Shown here: piece by piece, positions 54,446-64,000 of the stretch
Layout of the letters: every line of letters starts with the position of its first letter
Numbering within the stretch: the first letter of the stretch is position 1
Assembly: GCF_964194025.1 (NCBI RefSeq)
Contig: NC_134469.1
Location: 58,838,001 to 58,902,000 of the forward strand
Length of the DNA stretch: 64,000 bases
Source of the DNA: Convolutriloba macropyga
Taxonomy: Eukaryota
Direction of reading: 5' to 3'
The notes under the pieces: generated by a model
What the model was told of the DNA's origin: nothing
The model's input: only the letters and a program-made list of their open reading frames with translations
Database searches by the model: none
Made by a program: the position numbers and the translations under genes

Positions 54446-55008
54446 AACAACTGAACTTCACTTAAGTAACTCAACATTTGCAGCTAGAAGATAATTTATT
54501 TTTCTGATTATACATAGGCAATACAAATTTCTAATAATTCACGCAGAGTTCAGACCCACAAATGGATTAATATCCTACTTATGGAGGGACTAGTAAGTGG
54601 AAATCGCAAAAGTACATCGAACTACATGATCTCCTGTTCCTTCTGTCATAATGGAAACTACAAAATCAATAGTTCGACGATACCCAACTTTAAATCAACC
54701 GAAACAAGACAAAGCATTAAAATTCAAAGTTCCGAAACACAAACGGAGAAAATGCCACAATAATTTTTGAACCCGGGCAACGAGACTAAACAACATGAGA
54801 AAAACGACCGACAAACCATTGAGCAAAAAACTTCTAACTCAAATGTCTACGACCTCTTTTCACAGACGCTACAATGAACTTGACAGCAGCAGCTGGAGAA
54901 TCTTGAGCAACTGTGGAAACCCCCTGAAAAAACAGTCAAGGGCGATACCCTGAAGCCTCTCCTATTACTACTTCTAGAAGCGTGCCTCCAGTCGAAACCA
55001 TTGCTCGA
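54446..55008 (-). pseudogene. 73-bp degenerate copy of AP5B1 coding sequence (52876-52948), in two pieces (54446-54490, 54981-55008)
   Basis: 64/73 identity once the insert is removed; contains an in-frame TAG. Confidence 0.85.
54491..54973 (+). mobile_element. 5'-truncated CR1-group LINE 3' end with a 7-bp TSD (CTAGAAG)
   Basis: TSD at 54484-54490 and 54974-54980. Decayed translation RVQ..KWI / YIELHDLLFLLS..NGNY / NF*TRATRLNN / YNELDSSSWRILSNCGN; short TACTAC-like tail. Confidence 0.7.
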
Positions 55009-55031
55009 TTCTATGAAAAACAAAAAGATAT

Positions 55032-55130
55032 GGGTATTTCCCATTACAGCCCCCCAATATTGTATATTTACCATTTGTTTGGCTATAAGTTATCTGGCCA
55101 TTAAGGTGGGGGCTATAATGGGAAAGACCC
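55032..55130. mobile_element. ~100-bp MITE with GGG..CCC TIRs
   Basis: gggtatttcccattacagccccc vs gggggctataatgggaaagaccc. Confidence 0.7.
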
Positions 55131-55139
55131 AGAGATCCT

Positions 55140-56573
55140 TCCTGCAGAGCAAAAAATTTGAAAGGGCAATGCTCAACTGTATCTATAACTTTCTAAAGAA
55201 TGAAAATGATTTATATGAAAAGCAATTTGGTTTCCAACCCAAACGCTCTACAACTGATGCCCTGATTAAAATTACAGAGTGCATTCGTTTTGTGCAAAAA
55301 GAAATTTACCTGCTGCATTTCACTTGACATTAAGAAAGCGTTTGACACTATTTATCATTCTAAACTTCAAAAACTTTCTGAACATGGTGTTAGAGGAGTT
55401 GAATTGGAATTGTTTAAATCTTATTTGACAAACAGAACCCATTGCGTTAAATTAGGTGATTGCCTATCTCAAGTAGAGCTCGTCATATTTGGTATTCCAC
55501 AGGTTTCTGCTTTAAGATCACTGTAATTTGTTCTTTATATAAATCATTTAACTCTCTCTTGTGAGCAATTAGATCCGTATATGTTCGCAGATGACACAAA
55601 TCTACTTTATGAATCAATTTATTGAATACTTATGCTTTGAAAGATGAGCTCAATAAGAATGCATCATGGTTTGTGGAATATAAGCTGTGTTTGAATTCTT
55701 CTAAGACACAACTGATAAATTTTTCTAATTTTAATCTTGACGTCACTCCGAGCGGTAAAACTTTACATCATTCTGAATGTGTAAAATACGTAGGTCTTTT
55801 TCTTGATCATGAATTTAAATTTCTTGATCGTGAAAAAGTTGTTAAAAAGATTTCTCTTCAAATTTTCGTTTTTAAGTGATTGGGAAATCTTGTCACAAAT
55901 CAATTTTGCTTGTCTCAACAAAAACTATATGCTGTCTATCATGTCTTACGGTTTGTTACTGTATGAATGCACCTCAAGTATAAATTGATTATACATACTT
56001 CAGAAAAAAATTTTACGGAAAATTTACTTTAGAGGTCGATTAATAAGTGTTTTTTTGAAAAATAGCGTGCTATCTATATACGAACGTTACCTAAAAGAGC
56101 TCATAAAAAACACTTTGATCTATTTTCAAGTTAGCAAAGTAACTGAAATTTATTCTGTCAATAATACCTTTGTTTTACAAGATCGAACACAGCAGGTGAA
56201 CTTAAAGTACCTAAAATTTAAAAAATTGCTCGAAAAAACTCAATTACGTACAGACGTCTGGATCTTTACATCTTTTTGTTTGTTCAAAATGCAATACCGC
56301 CCGTTTAACATATTTTGTCTGAATTTGCACTTAAGCAATTTACAGACCGTACATGAAAACAATACTTAAAAATGAAAATATTTTTGAAGGACTGTTCATG
56401 TAATCTATGTTTATTATTGAGTTATTTGTTAATTAATCACTGTTGGCCCCCAAGGGCACTCCCATGCAGCCTATTGGCTTTGGAGTGTCCACTTTTGTGC
56501 TATATTTTAAGTTTTGTAGGTCTTTTTGTAAAATTTTGATTATGCATCGGAGAAATGGAATTCATTCATTCAT
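55140..56573 (+). mobile_element. Decayed, 5'-truncated L2/CR1-clade (Crack-like) LINE: RT domain plus 3' end
   Basis: SKKFERAM..QFGFQPKRSTTDAL, LDIKKAFDTI.H, HGVRG..LFKSYLTNR, GIPQ.S.L, MFADDT (55581-55598) and KYVGLFLD; frameshifted; (TTCA)n tail at 56561-56573. Confidence 0.9.
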
Positions 56574-57149
56574 ATATGCACCAACAGAAACACAGTATAG
56601 AAGTTCAGATGCTGTGAAAACAGACCGACGTGGGGTTCACGCGAAATTGAATTTTTGCCTTAAAAAATACTTTACTGTCTTCGTCTAAATTGAGTGCACT
56701 AATTGAGTTCACATTAAATGATTCATCGATGTTCATTAGAACTATGGGAACTTTTCCCTTTGTGCCACCCTCCAGTTGAAGATCACGTTCCATTATATAA
56801 TAAACCATTATCGAATAATAAGATATGCGTGCTTGTTGTTGTGGTCGTTGATGATGATGTCGATGAGAACTCTCAGTCTGGTGACTGACGGGTGTCTTTC
56901 CCTTTCCGTGTTCGTTTAGATATCGTCCTCGTGTTCCTGCAACTATTAGAATCACTGACGATTTGCCAACTGCAGCTATTTGTTTCCAAAATGTTTTTTT
57001 GACAAACTTTTACATGATCTTCTATATTCATTTTGATTACGGATTTTCAGCTCCGGGTTTATGGGAGGTGATTCCCCTCCATTCTGCTCCTCCTGAGGTT
57101 GTCCAATTTTCTTTATGGCAATTACAAAATAACTGCCTCATTTAGATAA

Positions 57150-58055
57150 TTCTTTCACCAGAAGTTATGGTTCACAAAAGCCTGTACACCAACGTACCGG
57201 TTGAGGAGGCAAAAAATATTGCGCTTAAAAAAGTCTACTCCAGTGACGAGATTACTGAGTTTCTGAGGTCGGCTATGAAGAGCCCTTTGGGACTAGTTGT
57301 GACGATTGTTCACTTTAAGTGTAAAAAAAAGTTGTACACTCAGCCACAAGGTTTAGCCATAGGTGCTTCACTGGCGACATTTTGGAAAATTTGTGGATAA
57401 AATCTACCAAGATATCCTTGCAGAAACCAAATGAGGGAAAGGAGAACAAAACTTTTGACATGAAGGGAATGTGCATTGATTGAAACCAACGCGTTACTTT
57501 CCAAGGGAAAGGAGTCAACTGCGAATCATGTAAAGACTGGTTTCAAGCAAAATTCCAAAGTATTAGTGACATCGACAACAAAAACATGCAGGAAACGGTA
57601 TGAATCTGTTCCTATTGTTAAGAAAAATGAGCACTGGAGGAAACACAGGAATATAAAGTATTCAAGAGGTATGAGGATGACCTAGTGTGCACTGTTACGG
57701 GGAACTTTTTAGAGTACCTTGAGTATGCAAATACTCTTCACACAAATTTACAATTGAATCTTTAGACACCCAAAGCGGATGGAAACATGGCGTTCCTACA
57801 TCTGAACACAAACGTAAACGACGAAAGACAAATTAGCTTTCATTGCTATCAGATACCTCCTGATGCCCGATAAACTTAAACTTTCGTAGCTGTGCACCGT
57901 AAGAGCGAAATAAAAATTTGATTCAAGGGACTGCTCGTAGGATTTTTAATGCAACCAGTGGTTGGCAATCCTTTGATATAGCCAGTAAAAAATCAGATCT
58001 TGACTGAAAGTCAGTATCCAACTAACTGGTCTTCAACGAGACGTTGGATAAAATA
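57150..58055 (+). mobile_element. Decayed Penelope-like element RT fragment with a PHD-finger insertion
   Basis: KSLYTNVPVEEA, HFKC..LYTQPQGLAIGASLA..ILENLW, KRYEDD (57664-57681), NTLHTNLQL, MAFL, LNFRSCAP..KNLIQG..RIFNATS, QYP; stops and frameshifts. Confidence 0.88.
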
Positions 58056-58059
58056 CTCA

Positions 58060-59325
58060 ACATCACAATCACAATATAATAATAAAAAACAACCAATATA
58101 AAATAATTTTCACAATATATCCTATTTCTCTTTTTAAATTTTATTGCTGCTTAAAAAGAGTTCAACTCCAAAAAGCTAATTCGTAACAGTAAAAAACAGG
58201 TGTGCCCCTTTGAATTGCCCGACTTGTAGAAATAAAACACTGGTTGTTTCTGATGCAACATTAAAATCAGCAGGAATCACAGATCGCTTTATGTGTTTGT
58301 GAAGCAACAGTTAACTTTACGGAAAAAAAGATTAAATAACCATAAGCGCATCAGGGATTTTAGTTAAAATGGGAGAGGAATCAGCTCCTGAAAACAAAAA
58401 AACAGCTTCATTAGCAACTGTTATTATAATTAAATTTTCTGGAATTACTATCGGAGAAGGAGTTAATATAACAAAAAAATTTAATCCACTAAAGGAACAA
58501 ACTATACGAAGAGGTTCAATAGATACAAAAAAAAGTTGATAAAGCAGAGACAACTAAAATTTTGATAACAGCAAGAAGATTGTACTCTGTTGCCTTAACA
58601 GTTATAGGAATACCTTACTCCATGCCACCAGTTTTCGCAACCGAAATTGTATAGTTCGTATTCGAAAACTCTCACGCAATGAAATCAAATTATAGAACAA
58701 TCCCAGATATATGACCACTAAACAGTTTAGTGAGCAGTATATTTTTTGTATGATAAAATTACTAATGCAAATGATAGTGAAAAAAAATTGTAACAAGATG
58801 ATAAAAATAAATGAGGTAAGAAACATAAGAAAATAAAAGATACTGTTTTTTACGCTAAAGTAAATTAATGCTATGTTCCTCAATAAGGATAATTTATACA
58901 TGTATAATAAAAAAGATCACAATCACTATCACAATATAGCCTTAAAAACCACCAAACTATAATCATAATCATAATCATATTTTAATTATATTGCTGTTTA
59001 CAAATGGCTCAACTACAAAAAACTAATTAGTAACAGTAGAAAACAGGCATGCAACTTGTAATGGATCAACTCAAAGTTGGAAGAAACCAATCTACATTAA
59101 ACCGCAACATTAAAATCGTTTCTGATGAAACATTTATAACAGAGGGAATCAAAGACTGCTTTAAGAGTGTCGGTAAAGCAACATAGTTCAATAGGAGCAT
59201 CAGAGATTGCAATTAAACTGGGAGAGGAAGCAGCACCGGAAAATAAATAGGCAGCTTTATCAGCAACTGCTAATATAGTAACTCTTCGGAGTTACTACTG
59301 GAGAAGGAGTTAATATCACACAGAG
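58060..59325. repeat. Diverged direct duplication (~58060-58480 vs ~58915-59320)
   Basis: Shared blocks atcacaatcac.at, gtaacagtaRaaaacagg, gtttctgatg.aacatt, gggagaggaa.cagc.cc.gaaaa and ggagaaggagttaatat at ~850-bp offset. Confidence 0.7.
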
Positions 59326-59400
59326 GGGAAGGTTTTCATTTATATTTCAACGAAAAAAATTATGAAGAATTGAGAACCAAACGTAAGTTCAGTAACACTG

Positions 59401-60398
59401 CCCAGGCCTAGACCTCGACTTATGAAAAGACTTTAAAAGTCTAGTAGGGGGGGCCAATATTGACTATAATTACACGGTCGAGGTTCCTAGTAAAAGTCGA
59501 GCTAATATCTTTTCATGGGTCGAGCTAAAGTCTTTTCATAACGAAGAAAGTCCAGCTAAGGTCTTTTCATGGGTCCAGCATTAGTCTATTAATAACCAGC
59601 AAAGTCGAGTTAAGGTCTTTTCATGGGTCCACCATTAGTCTTTTCATAAGTCTGTTTTTTTTCAATATTCAAATTTTTTATTTGTTTCCTGCTTCTGTAC
59701 ATACAGAAGCAGAACCGGAGCAAGACTAAATAGTTTTGCACCAGAGCAGTCCAACTTAAGAATCAGTTGGAAATCTGCCAAAAGCCTTAAGATTTTTGTC
59801 AATTCTTAAGTTAAAGAGTTTTTTCAGATCGAGTATATTACCACATTACTTGATTCAATGAAACCAGCTAGCTTAAGAATATTGGTCCTAGTCCCATTAG
59901 CCATGAAAAAATTTCGGCGCTATTCAGTTTGTTTTCCTTACCAAAATTATTAGCTATTTTTTTAAAAAAAATAATGCAGGTTTTTGAGGTATGTATGGTT
60001 CTTTTGAATCGTAAAAGGTGCATGATCACATATGCTGACTACGTTATATGCAATATTGCACGCAAAACGTTAATGGCAGAATAACAGACTTATGAAAAGA
60101 CTAATGATGGACCCATGAAAAGACTAATGATGGACCCATGAAAAGACATTAACTCGACTTTGTTTGCAAACATTGTGTCGAGCTTAAGTCCAGCACAAAC
60201 TTTGGGTCAAGCCAAAGTCTTTTGTAAAATTTAGGGTCCAGCTAAAGTCTTTTGCAAAAAATCTGAGTCGAGCTAAAGTCCAGAATGCCTTAAAGTCCAG
60301 CTAAAGTCTTTTCATAGCTCAAATGAGTCCAGTATGGTCTTTTCATAGCACTTTTTTGTCGAGCATTGTCTTTTCATGAGTCGAGGTCTAGACCTGGG
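59401..60398. mobile_element. Non-autonomous CMC/EnSpm-like DNA transposon (31-bp TIR CCCAGGYCTAGACCTCGACTYATGAAAAGAC, TG on both flanks, ~20-bp subterminal repeats)
   Basis: TIRs at both ends; many GTCSAGCTAAAGTCTTTTCAT units in both orientations; the CCCAG terminus fits the CMCWR consensus. Confidence 0.8.
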
Positions 60399-60919
60399 TG
60401 AGCAGATTTCTCTTTTAGGGACATGATAATGATAATAAAGTTGAGGTTGAAATCAAAAAAAGAAATCAGCAGCAGTTCAACGACGTGATTTTGTATTTTC
60501 GTTGATTTAATTACGCTTCGTGTAATTTATCGTTTAACATTGTTTTCTTTGAAACTATGTTTTTTTATTTGAGTAAAATTTGTTAACATTAACTCTTTTC
60601 AATATATAAGTCACTTGTTCAACCATTTTGTTACCATCACTGCTAACAGATGATTATCTTTCTAGATAACACAAATGCCTGACTTTTAACACCATAAACA
60701 GCAGCAGCAAAATCAGAAATGAGTGGATTGGGTTGACGTCCTATATGAGTACTTTGTTATCTGGCATCAAAAATGTAAAACCTATAGTTGCTCTAGAGTG
60801 ATCTATGTTCTATATACAGTTTTATAGACTCAAAAAATATCAAAAACCTTTTTACGACTCGAAGGGGAGTATTGAGATTCTACAAGTTTTTACGACTCGA
60901 AGAGGAGTATTGAGATTCC

Positions 60920-61656
60920 ATAGCCTACCTACCCCCACCCCCCAACACCTACCTACCCCCCACCCCAACACCTACCTACCCCCCATCGCCCCCGCACCCC
61001 CCTTCAACCTACCCCCCAACCTACCCTACCCCCTCGCTTCACCTAGCTGCCCCAACCTACCCCAGCACTGCCCACCTCCCCAACCTATCTACCCACTCTC
61101 CCCACCTAGCTCCCCCTGCACTTATAAAAATGTCGGCATATTTAGAACACTTTAATATGGTTTGTTGGGCAACTTTTGTTTTTTTCTCTTGTCTATTTTG
61201 ATGTTCTGATTTCGGTAAGGTTAGGTTAGAGATTATAATGCACGACCATTCGAGTCGTTTTCGGTATTCTACCGGCTATATTTTTTAGCAGATAGCAAGT
61301 TTGTTCATTACTTGAATTTTGACTTTTTTCTGTTCGAGCATTTACCTCCGTTTTTGACTGTTGCCTTCTGTTTTCGAACATTGGACTTTAACAGTAATTT
61401 TGTTTGTAATGTATAGTAATTAAGAACTGCTGATATTGTTCAAGGTGAAGAGGTCATTTTGAGATTTTTTGTTCCTATATAAGTCACCGCACTAACCCCC
61501 CCCCCCCGCCACCACCTATCTATCCACCCCAACACCCACCTACCCCCCTCCCCACCACCACCACCTACCTACCCCCCCCCCCTCACCTACCCCTACCCCG
61601 CAAACTACCCCTCCCTTCACCTAACTACCCCCACCTATCCCCCCACCTACCCCCAG
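60920..61656. repeat. Two C-rich low-complexity tracts (CCCACCTACC-like; 60920-61120 and 61495-61656)
   Basis: Read directly; G-rich on the minus strand. Confidence 0.85.
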
Positions 61657-63417
61657 CATTGAATTTAATACGTTGAAGTCAAAAATGACAAAGATCAAAG
61701 TATTCAGTTGTTTTTCCATTACTGGTCTCAATTTATAATGCGAAGTCTAATGCTCGTATGACCTTCACATATACCAAAAGCAACATCCATCTAATACTAC
61801 AATTTCAAATTAACTGTAAGAATCCAGTATATCTTTGTGTATTTCTTCTCTATGAACGAGAGTTCTAATGTTAGTTCTAACTGTAAAAATAGATGCAACG
61901 TTATAGGTTTTCATTATCTGACTCATGTGTATATCATCTAAAGAAATAAAGGTTGTATCTAAGTTGAAGTTCGATTTTACAGGTTAAACTTAACTGAAAC
62001 TTAGTGCTATTATCAATGGGATTATCAACGGAATTGTGAAAATGATAGTTCCTGGCATTGATTTGATCTTATGCACTTCATTCTGATCTGTTTTTGTTAT
62101 AACAGCAGCATGTTTTTTGTTTTTCTTCATTTCTGTTATTTCAGATAACTCATGAGCAATTGGTATAATTGTTTTCAACATTGCTGGTGTTAGATGTGTT
62201 TTATCAATTTTGTTGGCATTAGGCTGATATTCCTCGAAAGCACATAAAATTTAGTTAATCTTTTCACATTGCTGAAACTATTACCCGAAGTCGCTGTAGA
62301 AAAAGTCTTAAGAGTTTTGCTCTTGTATCTAATTCATCAAAAAAGGGGTTGATTAAAAAATACTAAAAAAAAACTATTAAGCTAATTTTTGTTACTTAAA
62401 TATAGAAAAATAACAAAAACAATTATTATTTAAGTTGAAAAAGTAGATGACATATGGCCTATAAAGCAGACAAATACTGAGATACTGAAATATAGAAGAG
62501 ATAAGTGCATTGAATCAATTTCATTTTTTTAAGGAACGATTAGTTGAAGAAAGCAACAATAGGTTTCAATGAAGTATTTTTTTCATATAAAAAAACTCGA
62601 TTCGTAAACGTAGTTTTTAATATTGCTTTGGAAGATTTTTATTATATGCTTTTTAGTTGTATAAAAAATGAAAAAGTTTATTAAGTTTTTACGAAAGATC
62701 TCATTTTAAAAATATCGTTCGCTATGGTTTTGAACTTTGCCAGTATTAAGAGAAACAAATTGTTTTGTTGTCTTTTTTTGTGAAATCTTTACTCCTTCGT
62801 ACTATTATGGCGACGAAAACCTGGGGAATCCTGTAAAATCAAAGAAAATTAAAAAAAAGACCGTTTGAGATTTTCCATGGTTTTTTTCTTATTCATTTCT
62901 AGTCCGCTTTCTCTGTCTGCTTATCGCCATTGCCGATCCCTTTTCTGTGCACCATCAGTTTCACCTTCACTAATATGCTTTTTTCCTTAAGTCGAGAACA
63001 TATCTCATTTTCTCGGCGAAGTTTTTGTTTTTTTTGCGCGTGGTTCGTTGTTCTAACCAACAAGATTCATATTTATATACTTTGTCTTCCAAGATGTTTG
63101 ATTTTACTATATGCTGGTTGATTGTGTGTGTTTAGCTGCTGCTATAGGCTCCTGTTTATATTTTGTTGAAGCGCTGATTTTTTGATAAAAAACTACTGAC
63201 TTTTGTTTCTAAAGCAAAGGCTTTACCATTTCGCTACTGATAAAAAAAAACAATAATCCTATACGTGAAAAGACCAAAAATTGATACTAAAATTAAACTG
63301 ATCGAAGATGATTTCCGTCATTACATAATTAACAGAGAAGCCAACGACTACTGAATTTTAGATATTACGCCAGGCATGATTCATGTGGAACCCTTAGGTA
63401 ATTTTCTTCTGGTGTTA

Positions 63418-63880
63418 CCCGGGTCGAAGTTTGGCCGTGAATTTTCGTAAGAAATGCGGTGAAAAAAATAATATTCACCGCGTATTTCTTGCATCTTTTT
63501 GCGGTGAATGCGGTGAATCACGGTGAAACATTAATTTTCACCGCGTTCTCGGAATTCTTATAAAAAAAAGAAACTTCCATAGACGGGTTTTAACCTCCCA
63601 CCTCCTGCATGTCTTGAAATTCTTATTTCACTGCGCCAACTGTCACTTACTTCTATGCTACTTCTTGTGAATTTAAATCAGATTCAGTAAACACTGGAAA
63701 ACAAATGCGGTGAATTTTTGTAAGATCTGTGGTGAAATGCTGTGAATCATTTTATTCACCGCATTCACTGCAATCACCGCATTCCTTACAAACATTTACT
63801 CTATTCACCGCAATTCTTACAAAAACTGACTGCATTCACCACATTTCTTACAAAAATTTACCCAAAAACCTCGACCCGGG
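63418..63880. mobile_element. TIR element (CCCGGGTCGARGTTT..; ~46-bp imperfect TIR) with GCGGTGAA/TTCACCGC subterminal repeats
   Basis: Left cccgggtcgaagtttggccgtgaattttcgtaagaaatgcggtgaa; right (reverse complement) cccgggtcgaggtttttgggtaaatttttgtaagaaatgtggtgaa. Confidence 0.8.
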
Positions 63881-64000
63881 GAGCTGAAGAAGGTCACTTC
63901 AGATTATGCTAATGCTTAATATTGCTTGAACTTCTGAGACAATCTTTCTTAAAGTGTGCATTACGCTGAGCTTGATACGTTCATTGGTCAAATTCAAGCT

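Noticed and set aside
56590-57145. Possible LTR-retrotransposon gag/protease relic on the minus strand
   Set aside because: Composition is suggestive, but I could not recover a zinc knuckle or D(T/S)G motif.
60805-61155. Proline-rich 116-aa ORF
   Set aside because: Translation of a C-rich low-complexity tract.

Overview
AT-rich, repeat-dense genomic DNA from an invertebrate metazoan, with one 200-N assembly gap. An acoel-like genome is my guess, but the sequence does not prove it. Five host genes lie on the minus strand: a 5-exon uridine-cytidine kinase (UCK), an NDUFA2-TP53RK pair and an AP5B1-C2orf42-like pair. Each pair is very tightly spaced (165 and 81 nt), with an unpaired TTTCAG acceptor just upstream of the ATG, which suggests spliced-leader trans-spliced operons. 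Most of 11-49 kb is built from a family of long (2.4-3.5 kb) non-autonomous Helentron-type (HINE/DINE-1-like) elements. These include a head-to-head fusion through the 5' hairpin, a near-identical 3 x 4.68-kb tandem array, and satellite-like expansions of internal segments. The last 10 kb is a nest of decayed transposons (CR1/L2 LINEs, MITEs, CMC-like elements, an AP5B1 fragment split by a TSD-flanked LINE). It also holds the most unusual observation: a decayed Penelope-like reverse transcriptase with an in-frame PHD finger inserted between RT motifs B' and C.
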